From Bigelowiella natans CCMP2755 (lineage: Eukaryota > Protista > Cercozoa): a stretch of 64,000 nucleotides of DNA. Below, piece after piece: positions 10,907 to 28,181 of the stretch. Under the pieces are notes generated by a model. That model saw only the letters and a program-made list of their open reading frames with translations. It did not search any database and had not been told where the DNA came from. The stretch is taken from contig ADNK01001400.1 of the NCBI GenBank assembly GCA_000320545.1, forward strand, positions 89,815 through 153,814, in the 5' to 3' direction. The position numbers and the translations under genes are program-made. Numbering within the stretch: the stretch's first letter is position 1; each line of letters begins with the position of its first letter.

Positions 10907-13065
10907 TTATTGATCTTTTTTCCATATCATTATCCGACCCCACGGTAGGAGAACCACCGAGGGAATTGGCGGCGAAATCTGCGCGCGATTCTCACCTGTG
11001 ATTTCACATGCATTCGAGTCGCCCTTTTCACTCATATTTGAAGACCTCTCATTGTTCTGAGGTTTCATCGGGTAACTTTTTTTTTCATTTTTCATTTCCC
11101 CTGATGGTATCAGAGACCCTCTCTCTGTACCGTTCTGTGGACAGGCACCATGATTACCGATCGGTTTATACTTGCTCTTCGAAAAGTTTCTGGACGTACG
11201 AAATTGAGTTTGAGCGGGTGGCAAATATGCACTGCCATCACCAACGCTGATTTCCTTCGCCGTTTTACCATCGTGGCTGATACACACCTTGCTTCTGCTG
11301 TCTAGTTGGGCTGACGAAGTAGAGGTACCTTGTGCCATGGCGACAGCCTTCTTCGGCGCTGGGCGCTCGCGCTGAGATTTGGATGATCCGATATCGGATG
11401 CATGCCAGTTACTTCTCACGGGTCTCACGAGTATCGGCGTGCTCCATCTACTGGACGGCAGGGTTGGGAAGTCTTCATCCTTGAAACGGAGAGAAGTATC
11501 CTGCGACTTTATTCCCTTGAGTCTACGCGCGTAGCTGTCTTGCTTTATAACGCTGCCCCGATGATCCTGTTGTGAGGATGAAGACACGCCTGATGATGCC
11601 GACGATAGGGAAGAAATGCGAGCCAACCGAGCTGTATCACCAGCTGATCTGTGCCTCGAAGCCGCTAAGGGTTGTTTTTGCCTGCCATGGTGCCATTTCG
11701 AGCTTGGATCGCTAGTCGCACGCACGGCGCCGGAACGGGGGTAACGAGGCTCATGCATCTGTCCGTCATCGCCTCCTATCTTCTCGTCGCCGCCTGCAGC
11801 GTTGTTGCCGTTGTTGTTCAAGACAAGATCGAGAGCAGCTTCAAGGTCCCACGAGCAGCGTTCAAGGCACGACAGCGCCACAACACGCGAAAATCCCATG
11901 TCCGTGAGCTGCTTGAGGTGTCTACGCTTCGTGCCTTCTTTTCCCGCTGACGATGATGACGAGCTCGTGGCCAGAGAAACAGGTATGCTGCCTGGGGGGC
12001 GCTGTTGATGTGGGGCATGAGGTTGCTGCTCGAAGTCCTCCCTTGCGGCTGCTTCTGTTAGCATGGTTTTGATCTCCCGCAAGCTGTTCTTCCGCCTGAT
12101 TACATTGAAGGGGAGGGTAGCAGGGCGGGCCTTTCTCGGTGACCGAGACTTCCTGCGCTTTCCCTTGCGCTTTTGGGACGGGGTGCCGTTCGGTTCCAAC
12201 ACCCTTCCTCCCCCTCCTCCCCCTCCTCCCCCTCCTCCCTCTCCCCCCCTCTTAGGAACCGATTCGGTGGACGATTGCCTCGAAGAAGACATCGGTTGGG
12301 TTTGTTCGCTGCTCAGTGACTGCCGTCCCCCTTCTCCCCCTCGTCCTGCACCCGACGCTCCTTTACGTACATGGCTTTGGCGGGCGCTGTGCTCTGAAGC
12401 AGCTGCTGCCGCCGCCGCCGCCTCGTGTTTCTCGGCCTCCGCCCTCGCAAGGTCCAGCGGTTTCCTCAGGTTGATGTCCTCTGCGTGGAGGTTGGCTTTC
12501 AGCTCAATGAGCGCCTGGACGGCCTGCTGGTGGAAGTGCTTCGTGGCGACGTGCAGCGGGGTCTGGTGCGACAGATCTGGCGTGTTGACATCTGCCTTGT
12601 GCTCGCAGAGCACATGGATGCACGAAAGATCACCGCCCGCGGCCGCAAGGTGCAGCGGCGTGGCGCGGGAGTCGTCTCTGGCCATCGGATTGGCTCGGTA
12701 TCGGAGCAGCACTTTGAGGACGGCGCCGGTCGATCCGCGGCCCGTGACGGCGGTGTGGAGGAGCGTGGAGTCTCTGGTGACGAGCTCTGGGTTGGACTCC
12801 AGTACTGAACGGATGACTTCCAAGCCGCCCAAACCCTTTCGTACTGCGATATCGAGCAGCAGAGGCCTCAGAATTGCGGCCCACTCCGTCTGCTCCGTGG
12901 CGATCACGAACGCTAGGCTGTCGTTGGTGTCGATCCAGCGTGATAGCTGCTCGCTGACGGATCTCTCGCGGAGTTGTGCCAGCGGCCCGTCGTGGCCCAC
13001 AGCGAGTTTCTCCACTGTGTGGATCTGCTTTGGCATCGATGTCACGTCAGCGCAGATAGATACCA

Positions 13066-13100
<35 letters not shown>

Positions 13101-13478
13101 CATTCATCCGATGGAGTGTGGTTAGAGATATCAAACAAACGAAGAGCGCTCTCCTAAGACCCCGACCTGCTTCCTAAATCTCTCGACAATCGTCTGGCTA
13201 GCAGGCGGAAGTATGGAAGGGGGCAACGCTTTGGGGTACTTCAGCGAGAGACACAGCAGCTCCTTGAGGATGACGATGGATGACGCGCCGCCGAACGCCT
13301 CGAATCGGATACCATCTCTCTTAGTCCACACCGCGAGCATGCATCGTATGAACCTGTCGTGGGCGGTGGTGAGGAGGGGAGGGGGCAGGAGATTTACGCA
13401 ATGTGGTTGGCTGCCGCTTGTGCCAACGCCAGCTCACGTAGTGCAGCGCGATCGACGACGTGTATAATGTTACATATA

Positions 13479-13520
<42 letters not shown>

Positions 13521-14663
13521 TATTTAACAATATGGAAGATTTATAGAAACTCCATCCTCTAATTGCATTCGTTTGGTGGTGGTGGTGGTGGTGGTGGGGC
13601 AGACCGCTCGATGTCCCTGATCTGACGGCGGAAGGCCTCACTCTTGTAGTGCTTCTTGCTCAGTCGCTTCCCGGAAGTTTCCTGCGTCCATTTGCGGAGA
13701 AACGACAATGCGCTGGCGTCCGCGGAGGCATGGTGCCCATTGACCTCCCTAGAGGAGAACACCTGAGGTAGAGGGACACACGCAAGGCAATGTATTACAA
13801 AGGGGTGCGTGCCCACTACTGCTCCTGCTGCTACTCTCCGCTGCTGTTGCGTTGCTCTGTGCTAAGCTATTCATGCTGTCAGTCACTCACACTACTACTC
13901 GCGACTGTTTTCAGGAAGCATACATCTGCACGAAGAAACAACTCACATGTAGAGCACAGGCAAGGCGTTCCCCGCGCTGCCCCTGCTCATGCTTCGGATA
14001 CGACTTGAGCAGGCGTTGGTACATGTCCGCAGCAAGAGCCAGTAACCTCGCGCCAGCCGCCATTGCCTGGGTCTCATGGGCGCGGTCGGCGACAGAAGGA
14101 AAGGGGGAAGAAGACGACGCGACGGTGGCGTATGACGGTCGTTTCGAGATTGCTTTATTAGCAGAGGAGGGGGAGGAGGAGGATAATGACGAACGACGTG
14201 TGGTGAGCAGGTACTTAATCCCCAGCTCTAGGTAGCGACGAGAGCGCGACAGTTGCAAAATGGAGAGCGGCTTGGAAAGCACGTCGATTTCCTCCAGGTC
14301 CATCGTGTAGAAGCGAAAGCTGACGCGCGTGTGCCCAGGCCTTGCGTCCGCCTCCAGGTAATGCTGAAACTCTCGGAGACTCTTCGGGGCGAGCTTTATC
14401 CCCGTCATCTTACAGAGATAGTTGAGCACACGGCCCCTCAAGGCTCGAATCACCTTCCAAAGCTTCGGCGAAGACTTGAGACTTGCCAATGCCAGGCCTT
14501 CCTCCTTTGAGCTTCCAAATCGTGCTCGCTTCTCTATCAGCGCTAGATTCCAAAATCGCTTGAAGCAGGAGGAGGAGGAGGAGGAGGAGGAGGAGGAGGA
14601 GAAGAAAGTGGACGATTGGTCACCCTTCTCGTCACTGCCTTGCGCTCCCTTGCCGCCGGTAGT

Positions 14664-14696
<33 letters not shown>

Positions 14697-15460
14697 TGTC
14701 GTCGTGGCGACTGCAGAAGGGCCGACCAGGAAGTTGAGCATTCCCACCACCACCCGATTCATCCTGAACTCGGACGGGTACCTGTCCTCTCGGAGCTGCT
14801 CGCGCAGCCAGCCCCTCAGGATGTTCTTCAGCGTGCGCGCGGTCATCTCGACGAGGAGGGTGTCGCGGACTCGGGCGGCCTTCGGCTGGACGAGGCCGTG
14901 CAGCAGGCCAAGGTGCCGGACGTTAATGCCCCTTGCGTGGAGTTCTGATGATACGGGCTCACGAAAGCGGGACGCATCCTCTAACGACAACGCCGACAGC
15001 TGCCTGGCATAGTCTGGAATTACATGGTCGAGCAGATACTCGGTGGCCTTGGTGGCCTTTTTCTCGTGGTGCTCGGCATCAGGGTCACCACGACTGAAAC
15101 CTGTGAAGGCGTCTGGGGACAGCGGTGGGGAATCGCCCTCTCTCTTGAGAATCTGGAGCAGTTCTGGCCTCACCATCCGATAAAACACCGGCTGGCCAAC
15201 GATGGGGAGGTGCTCCGTCACCTGCGCGTCTTCTGGGGGAAACGTCCGCGCCAAGTCGAGGAGATACACGCGCCCGTCCTGCCCTAGATGGGCCTCCACG
15301 TCACCCGCACAGTGCAGATCAGCCTTCCCCATCACCTGCAAGAGTTATGAATATATCGCCATCACGTAATGGATGTGGCAAGAAATGACGAGGAATACGG
15401 TGCCGCAGCTAAGTTTCATTTATCCGCACGCGCATATAAATAAATAAATATATGTGTGTG

Positions 15461-15504
<44 letters not shown>

Positions 15505-17728
15505 TGAATCTTGTTCTATTTATCTCATTAAGGGCAAGATAAACAGGTGAGCTGGTGTGCTTCGTAAAGGGCAGGCATGGGCAGGAGTCTTTAGAAAGGA
15601 ACCCACAGCAGCCCACCATCAGTGTAACTCCCACCTTATGCTTGGCGAGATGTAGTTTGGTGGCGGCCTTCTCCATAAGCTCCGCAACAGGGTGGGAGTC
15701 TGGGGGCACGTGGATTGTGCTGCCGTTACCACCGTAAATGGGCCTTTCGAGCCGCAACCATGGCTGAGCGAGAACACGGTATCCCAGGTAGTCCAAGGCT
15801 ACTTGCATCGGCACTCGAAGCGCTGGCCATTCTCTCGCACGCCGTCGGGCAGCAGCTCGGCCACCACCGGACATGTAGGTGTGGAAGTCTAGGATGTGGT
15901 GGGAAGAAGAAGCTAAGCACAACAATTTCTGGAGGAGTTTAACCCTCTCTCCCCTCCTCCTCTCTCTGTCTAGGCCCGATGACAAATATATTTATATACA
16001 ATACATATAATTTTTCTACGAGTGCGTGTGCTTGTCTCTGTGCGTGTGTGCTTGCGTCGTGTGCACTCGTGCGTGGCGTGTGCTTGCGTTTGTGAAATCG
16101 CTACAGTTATTGTGTTTCGCAGAAGGAGCCGAGGTGGTGGCGCTGTTCCTTCTTTGGTTGCGAATCTGCTCGTAGCCGATTTGAAAGTAGTGGGAGGCGC
16201 CGTGGAGATTGTGGGATGCCGACTTTGCAGCGAGCTCATAATTTGCCCTCTCGTTTCCGTACAAGTAACGATATATTACCCCCTGCTGGTGGGCGTCCTC
16301 ACCCCCCTTTTCGCCTTTAGCCTTACTGCCCCCTCCCCTATCATTCTTATATATCCTCCTCTTCTTGTGGTGGAGAGGAGGATCGTAAATCATCTTGAAG
16401 AGGATACCCCCGGCCAGATACTTTCGGCCTCCAGCAATACCTCCCACGTGAGATGCAGGGCGGATGGTCTGCTTGTCTTCGGGCAAGAATTGCTCCATAA
16501 CGATGATCTTGATATATGACTGAGCCATGGACACAAAATCAACGGAGAGCTGGCTCAAGTGCTCAAAGTCAACGTTCTCGAGGGCCGATTGGAAGTGTTC
16601 GTTCCACTGTATCAATGTTGCCGATTCGCAACTTTCAGAACTCCCGCCTACCCGCCTTCCTGTATCGACTATCTGCCGCCTCAAAAAGTAGGAGCTTTGA
16701 GCCCGAGTTCGCTCTGCAATGACGGGGGCGTATGTCCTTATTCGTGCCGGTACTTGTACCGCCTTTTTAGATTTATTACGAGATCGGCCACTCGCCGCCG
16801 TCGTAGTTTTCATCGTGTCCTCTAATGTTTCTGAAGAACTTTCCTGTTTAGCGTTGTTGTCTAAGTTCTGCAGCGTGCTCCCAACTACGGATGATGCTGT
16901 ATCCTCAGAAAGTAAGCAGACGTTTTCGATTTCGAGTAACTCTCCTGCGCACTGTTGCCTAACGTTTGATGAACAAGATAGGCATGACTTGCGTGGTGGT
17001 GTGTGTCAAGTATGTTTTACCTTCGGGCGGCAGGATTGTCTTTGATTTTGATCACCGACGTGCGCTCACCCTTACTGATTATCTGAATGGAGTTCGTTCA
17101 TTAGTGCAAACGAATGTAGCCTTACAATTCTAGTTTTCCGACAAAGGTTGGTTTCTCTCGTTCCTTCCCATTTGCCCGACCCTATTGTTTCATCGAACCC
17201 AGGACAAACTGTCTGTACCTCAACGCTCAACACTGCATCCTTGCACCGTACGTAAACCTTCTTACTCTTCGCCTCGCTTGAGGATGAAGCTTTCTGTGCG
17301 GAAGGATCACGAAACGCAAATCCACTATGAACCTGGACGGGATATACGGGGGGAGAATGCGCCATCAGTTCGATCCAATTCAGGAACGAATTGCAGATAC
17401 CTTCGTGTCGCCATCAGTCTTCCGGTCGTAAGCACTACCAAGAGAGGGGCGCGACGATAGTTTTCGCCTGCGGCTGTAGTTATCCACAAGCCTTGACCTC
17501 CTCGAAGAATATATCTGAGGATCTCGTTTCTGGGCCCTGAGTCAGCATGTGTTTACGGCAGAGGTATTGATGTGTGCTTAAACAATAACCACTTATATCG
17601 ACCATACGGTGCTAGCTTATGAATCAAACAAAACTAAGATTTGTAGCTACTTGGAAACACCTATTGCGCGAAATTGTCGCTGCGTCATCGGCTTGGGCCC
17701 CCTCGCACCCCAGTATTTTTGGATCCAT
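10907..17728 (-). CDS. Clu (CLUH/TIF31-type) domain protein with ankyrin repeats and UBA domain (spliced, ends approximate)
   Basis: Clu motifs WNEHFQ..DFVSMAQSYIKIIVME..GGIAGGRKY, VPMQVALDYLGYRVLA, DVEAHLGQDGRVYLLDLARTFPPE, PLSPDAFTGF, LHARGINVRHLGLL, LVEMTARTLKN; ankyrin TPLHLAAAGG and TPLHVATKH; UBA LKQLTDMGFSRVVALSCLERCSWDLEAALDLVL. Confidence 0.8.
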
Positions 17729-18833
17729 CGCAACTCCCCCCGTGTGGAGAGTGCCACTCTATCTCCGTAATCGAATTATTGTTTTATGACTACAGTCGTT
17801 TCAGTATGTATTTTATCGATAGTACATCATGAAAAATCCATCCTTGATTCGCAAAACCGGTAACAACAAACATAACAATCGCGCAAATCCGCTAGCTTAG
17901 CTTAATTTTCATAGATATCATTGGTATAAATAATGCATTTCGGCGATCCGGAGGACGACTGCTCCCCTATTTTCCTGACAAAAATAAATGGAGCAAGAAA
18001 GCCGAACACCGTGGTATTTCGGTAGCATTTTTCTGCGGAGAAAACCAGTGGTAATTGCTGTCGCTGTGCTCGAAAAAGGTAACAAAGTAAAGAAAAATGA
18101 ATAATGTGCTGCGTTTCGACCTTATCGACGGATGATGTATCGGTTGTGCATTTGAGAGCTTATTTTCAATTTATTTTGAATCATAATGTAAAAGAATGCC
18201 CTCAATAATATTAATAAATATGCTTATTCTCTGGAATAATCTCATTATCATCCACAAATATGCTGACGCATTATTATTTAGATGTTATTAAAAACTGAAT
18301 TATTTTCGATCGCATGTGAACGTTAGATCCTTCCCTCCAAATTTATCTCTCTTATGCCAAAACAAGCCTGAAATACCCTGCATTTTCTTCATAATATGCA
18401 CTCACCGAGAAGAATATATCCGAAATGCCATATCACAAGTGTTTGACGCCTTGGAAAAAGAATCAGTAATTAGGACCCAGGTTGAGGATAAACGTTGCCA
18501 TACAGTCAAGAATTCACTTCACTTTCACATAACGTCATCAATTCTAAGGTAATTTATTCCTAAATTAGATCTCTTTTGAGAAAGTGGAGGGCCGTCTAAA
18601 CCTGAAATCACACAGACCGCCATCACCAACACTCCGAAGGGCTGCGTCTGTTCCTGCATCTTCAGTTGAGTGTCACAAGAACACGCTATTACAAGAGCTC
18701 TCAGTATTCAGGTACCTTTTGAATTACTAGAAGGCTAAAGGATGGGCTGTGTTCTTGTTGGTTTGTGTGCGTGTGTGTGTGTGTGTGTGTGTACGTGTAT
18801 TCAGTTGAGTGTTTTCTTTTCGAAGGTAGAACA

Positions 18834-19486
18834 ATGTCGGAAAGCAAAGAATTGGTCGGAATGGACCGATACAATAAGATCGAGAAGATCGGTGAAGGGA
18901 CCTATGGTGTTGTTTACAAGGCTCAAGACAAGCTTACCAAGGAAATAATCGCACTGAAGAAAATCAGACTCGAGGCTGAGGACGAGGGCGTTCCTTCCAC
19001 TGCTATCCGAGAGATTTCGCTACTTCGGGAACTACAACATCCTAACATTGTTAAGTACGTATTCTTCTAAGCGCGAAGTCTACAAATTTTAACCATATCT
19101 CTAATAACCTTATCCTCACCCTGCACAGCCTCAAAGACGTCGTGCACCAGAACCAGAAACTTTATCTCGTGTTTGAATTTTTGGACCAAGACTTGAAGAA
19201 ATACATGGACTTAGTTGGTGGCGATCTACATGAAATGCTTGTAAAGGTATTTTGACATCATTGATACGGTGGATGCTTTCTGATTCCTCTTCGTTTTTTA
19301 GTCATACGTGCAACAGTTGCTGAAGGGGATCGCCTTCTGCCATGCTCACAGAGTTCTACATAGAGATCTTAAGCCTCAAAACCTTCTCATTGATAAGAAG
19401 GGAGTTCTTAAGTTGGCAGACTTTGGCTTGGCAAGAGCATTTGGCATTCCTGTGCGAACTTACACTCACGAGGTAAATATATATGA

Positions 19487-19528
<42 letters not shown>

Positions 19529-20134
19529 CTGCAATATGAGATAACTTCGTCCGGTAGATTGATTCTCATTCAACATCAAGGTTGTCACTCTGTGGTATCG
19601 TGCTCCCGAGATTCTTCTGGGAGGAAAAGAATATTCAACACCTGTCGATATGTGGTCCGTCGGAACCATATTTGCTGAAATGGCTACTAGAACCCCGTTG
19701 TTTCCAGGAGATTCAGAGATTGACCAGCTCTATCGTATTTTCAGGTAATTCATTGCCAGTCTTGTCGAATGGCAGATATTTTTTAAAACATCTTGATTTT
19801 GCACTTAGGGCTCTCGGAACTCCAAACGAGCAAATATGGCCGGGAGTGACAAAGTATCCTGACTACAGAACTACTTTTCCTCAATGGACTCCACAGAGTC
19901 TGAAGAAAATTGTTCCTACAATGGATTCTCTCGGCCTAGACCTGCTAAGCGTAATTAATAATAAACATGCTTGATAAAGCCCATCTCATGTTCATTTTTT
20001 TGCAGAAAATGTTGATATATGAACCAAGTAAACGAATTTCTGCCCGGGAGGCTCTAAAGCATCCTTACTTCGCGGATCTCAACAAGGCGAAGAGCTCAAA
20101 ATCTATTCATGACGTTATGCGCGGATCATCATAA
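18834..20134 (+). CDS. CDK1: Cyclin-dependent kinase 1 / CDKA (PSTAIRE), spliced
   Basis: [81 protein letters not shown]; TAA 20132-20134. Confidence 0.97.
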
Positions 20135-20505
20135 TTAAGAGTCCACTGATGAGATGGATCTTATCTGTCTCTGATTCTGGAATGTAAGTTCATGGGCATT
20201 GAAGCACATTATATTAGATTATGTGTGCGAATGGCAGAAGCCATCTCAGAGCAAGCATTGGTTCAATTTACTTCGTTACGTCCATATTATTCAACACCAA
20301 AAAAATTGAACTGTGATACCCAAGGCAATTGGTTCGAATGCATTATTGTTAAAGCATCATTTTCATTATTATTAAATGTAGTGCACGATACTGTATCAGA
20401 ATGAATAGGCGAATATGACCACAATGTCGGATCAAATCCATGCATATTTGCATTCACACCGTACTCGAAATTGTCATCTGCATAAATGCACGTAAATATA
20501 ATATA

Positions 20506-20595
20506 TGAGACGGATGTAATGGAAAAAGTGTTAATTTTTTCAATGGTCATCCTAATTGTAGCTATGCAGAGCAGCGGCTAGACAGCGCTCAAGTT
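20506..20595 (+). repeat. Dispersed ~90-bp element, copy 1 (3' of CDK1)
   Basis: TGAGACGGATGTAATG..TTTTCAATGGTCATCCTAATTGTAGCTATGCAGAGCAGCGGCTAGACAGCGCTCA, highly similar to 54863-54947. Confidence 0.9.
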
Positions 20596-21164
20596 GTGTC
20601 TATGGTCTAGCGTAAGCTAGTCTAGTATAGGGCTACAGACTAGTAGTGTTGTTGTGGTTGTGCCACCATTCTAGCATTGCGGCGATGCGTCTAGTACACC
20701 TAAACACGTGCGCGCAGCATCGCGGATCGAGCGCGAATGCGAATGATCAAATCGACGTTGGTAGAACGAATGTGGACTATGCGACGTGCGATACATCTCT
20801 AGATCTCGATACATCTCTAGATCTCGCTAGCTCGACATCTTGCAGCACATAACTAGATAATATAGATAATAGAGTCGAGAGTGCATGCATGTAGATATTT
20901 CCACTGGGTTTTGAAAATTTATAATAGGCAGAAATTCATCATAATTATAGAATCTAGATCTGCTGGAATCTCGATTCAACGATTTATTAATATGAGCCAT
21001 TACTAGAATAGGCTCTCATCAGTTTCGATTTACTTATCGCTACAACTTACTTCTCGTCACTTCTAATATTGATATCGTGTGGTGTCGTGGTGTCACGGGG
21101 GCTGATTCCAAATAACTTAATGGTTATGACTATGACCGTGTTTATCAACGTCTGGTATGAGTCG

Positions 21165-21761
21165 TTATTTTTTCCTCCCAGTTTGTTTCTTACGAGCTTC
21201 TTCGAGCCTAGCTTCTTTCGCCTTCTTCATGAGCTCCTTCTGTGCACACCGAGTGAATGCTCTGTTGCGTTTTACGTCAATTTCTCCGGGTTCCAGCTGA
21301 TTTTATTGAATATCAATGAGCAGAAGCCGTGAGTAGACTGTTATGATTTATGAGTTTTCAATACCTCATTTCCGCCATAAACTTCAAGGAAACACCCTTC
21401 AGATACGCACATAGGTGTACAGTTGGGATCCTCCTCCTAAACAGATAGCGCATTCAGCACTTCATGCTAAGTTCCAAAAGGTCCATTTTACTTCATTTTA
21501 TAAACCTCAAGGTTCCTGCATTGCTGAAATTGGCATGCTGTTCTCCTCTGATTCACCTGGCTCATCGCCTGCAATACCAGATTAGTCGATTTTTGCGAAG
21601 CGGATAATGCTTACCACCACATGGTTGTATTTTTGTAAGCAATTGTGCTTGTGTGATCATTTTATTACCCTCTTGCGCGACAACGCCATAGAAGGTTGAA
21701 TGAGAGCGAGGACGACCCAAACCAAAATTGGCATCATATGGGAGAGCGACAGGAGTGGCAT
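21165..21761 (-). CDS. Small secreted Cys-rich protein, DUF4787-like (spliced)
   Basis: Hydrophobic N-terminus MPLLSLSHMMPILVWVVLALIQPSMA; CQFQQCRNLE|EEDPNCTPMCVSEGCFLEVYGGNE|LEPGEIDVKRNRAFTRC. Confidence 0.75.
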
Positions 21762-22669
21762 GGCAACATTTCTGCAGTAAATTGAGTTTAACAGAGTGAA
21801 ACATGTTAGGGCAAGGTTTCTATCGGGCGAAAGGAGAAGAGGGAAGAAAAGAGGTGGGAGAAGAGAAGGATCCACGACCGAGTTAGGTATGACGCAGGAA
21901 ACGTGTCAAGGTAGTTCTTTTCTCCCAAGATTCCTAAATGAATCTGATGATGAGATTTGTTGGAAGTACCGAAATCGCGTTTTTGCTGAGCTAAAAATCA
22001 AAGAGACAACAATATTTGCAATTTCCAGAAAAATAATCACGGAATACACAGGATTTCTTCTTGATCTCTGTTCAGGTTCAACATGTCCACTCTCCGAGCC
22101 GAAATTTATGTAAAGGCTTCCATTTCTTGCAGAAATATTCACCAGGAGAACCCAATTGCCTGGGCCTTTTGTCCTTGGCGGTCGAATCCACAGTTTTTTA
22201 TGATATTCTGTTTGATTCTTATTTTGCGACATGATGATATTGAGCAAGATGTGTAAAAATGGGGCTCAACATCGCGCATTTTCCTGCCTTCCAATGGTCT
22301 GCCAAAGTTTCAGACACGAAAATATTCTTGAAATTAGTCAGAAAGCTAAAATCAGCTTTATCTATTCGATATTCTCCGTAAATTATGATGTCGTAAATCT
22401 TAACGCTGGTAGACAAAGTACAGAAGCCTGGCTTCCTGTGATTAACACACGTAAGAATTCACTGAGACCCAAGGTCCACTCCTATCCAGTCGCTTCCTTT
22501 CGATTTTCCTTCCATCAGTCACTAGGGGGGGAGACGTAGACATTTGAGACAAATAGTATTGGCTAGAGACTTAGTTGTGCAGACTAGACGACTCTATAAA
22601 AAGAGATAAAGGGGAGCCTTAATCCAACATCATTTCCGATGTTTATTCCTTTACACTAGGGGGCAAAAC

Positions 22670-25889
<3,220 letters not shown>

Positions 25890-26989
25890 ATTGTAAGGCT
25901 TTGATCGTTCTGGTGTAAAGAATCTAAAGAATCCTCTAGTATGTCTCTAGTAAGCGGATGTAGCGATCGCGCCAGTGCCTCTAATTTAAACACTTGAAAG
26001 TTGGGCTAGAGGTATTGCGTGTTGTCCATTGACGAGATTGTAGGGCGTCGACAGATCGTAATTTTCATCTTGCGACGGTACATCGAAGCTTATTTTGAGC
26101 GCAAGCATGCACGTATGTGTTCAATTTAATCTCTCAAGTACATAACTTGTTGAAATCTTCCTATTCCTGATCGGGCGTTTTTCATCGTTATGTTCGTACA
26201 GAAACATCGCATCGCCCTAGACATTTTTTAGATTTGCTGAATGCCAGCTAGCTTGCGTGTGCAGCATGCGTGAGCCCTGCAGGTACAAAGCAATCGAACT
26301 AAAACAGAACAGCACATGCGCTCTAGACGCCGTTAGCCTGAAAACGTGACAGCGCGCTGGCCGCTAGCTTACTAGCTAGGTAGCTGCTCGCACTGTCTAG
26401 ATTGTGTTAGCTAGCTAGTCTAATGCAGTGTCCTCTTAGCTCGCCTATCATTACAGGAACACTAGAACAGGTAAAGCGCTGCTTTGCGTACAGCGCTGCT
26501 TTGCTAGATCTAGAGATGTACGCATATTTGGCTCGATCACTCACACATTACGATACATACTTGCAGCTTGTGTAGCATTAGAGCATCCGCCTGCCTGCTT
26601 GAACTGCCTCACGCATGACATGCTTGCTAGCTTGGCACATGCTATACATGCTCCACACGCTAGCACATCACGTCGTGCGAGGTGACGCACTGCCGCAATG
26701 TGGTGAGGCATGTGCCCGCAAGCATCGTATCGTACTGCTACGTCTTGGCTAACTAGATGTGATATATATTACTACAGGCAGACATGTTGCTTGACACGCG
26801 GGCAACAAAGGACACTAGGACACACTCTAGCACTACCATAACAGCACACACACACACACGCACGCATCCAACGAAGAGTATCTGCAATGCGTCAGTCTTT
26901 TTGTTACTCCATACCCGTAGATAGCTGAGAAAATGCTATAGGTGAGCAATTGGTTTGCATCCCCTCACTTTGCTTGCCACAGAAAATAT

Positions 26990-28140
26990 GCATTAATGAA
27001 AACTCCGAGCCAGGCTCCTACATCGTCTGCGGCTCTATAATTCGCTCTGTTTTGGTTCCATCTTTGAGACACAGATTCTGAATTTTCGAACTGCCTCACA
27101 GCAAGAAAAAGGAAGAATGCAGCAACCTAAACGATTGTCAAATAGGCATCAAACCTGCATCAGATGTTTGGCATTGCCATTAGCGAGAATGTATAATAGC
27201 ACAAAAATAGCGAAAATTGTTGTAGAGGATGTCATTGCGATAAGCTCTTCAAGTTACATCATTGCGCTGAGGCTGATATGATTGTTCCTATAACCTACCA
27301 CAATCGCTATAGCGACAGCAAGTAGAATCATCTTCTCAAGACGTCGTAGAATAGCCTTCTCCCTCCTAGCTTCTAAATTTTCCTCCCAGAAGCGCTTGTT
27401 GAGCTTTTCGACCATGTTGTCACCTCCAATTGAGAGAGGAGCAGCATCAGATCTGTTATCGCAGTTTTGCGTCCGCGAAGCTTGCAAGGAGGAACTTGTT
27501 GCACCTGCCGTCTTTGAAGCAATGGCAGAGGCTGTGCGCTGACTGCTGTTCATTTGGGAGCGTTCTTGCTCATTTTGTGAATGGAAAATATTTGTGGAAT
27601 TAAGCACAGGGGGAGCCTTTTCCTTCATTCGGCTAGAGGCACGCTGTCCCATTCCTGAATTTGCTCCATCACGATTGTGGTCTTCATCGTAACGAATCTT
27701 TGATTTATTCGACCCACAGTCGTTCGAATAGTTTAATTTTTTCCTATCTCCACTTCCATCCTCATCACCACCATCATCAGCAGCAACGACATTGTAATCG
27801 TCGTCATCATCGTTCCTAACTTCTACATGTTGCCTTGTGGCACTTAGCATCTTCCTCGGACCGATTTGGCAGCTTCTCCTTTCATCATTGCCCCTGACTC
27901 CCCCTCCCTGCTGCAGCTGCGATTTCCAGCTTTGCTTCAGAAGGCATCTCAAGTTATACATGCTGGAGGTGTAGAAGCCTCCTGCACAAAAGACAGAGGC
28001 AGCAGTAGCGACATGAATGGGGGCGCTCCACCGAAATTTGTTCACGGCCAAGGTCCCCGACAGACTCACTATAAACACCAACACTGAAGAGATCATGCCT
28101 AATGAGAAAGAGCGACACGACGTCAGTTGTGATACTCGTA

Positions 28141-28181
<41 letters not shown>

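Noticed and set aside
12063-13157. 364-aa plus-strand ORF, and similar ORFs at 44881-45336 and 59581-60588
   Set aside because: Antisense shadows of GC-rich coding exons.
21889-22539. Possible small plus-strand spliced gene between DUF4787 and CDC48
   Set aside because: Splice-like signals are present but I could not build a consistent model or recognise a domain.
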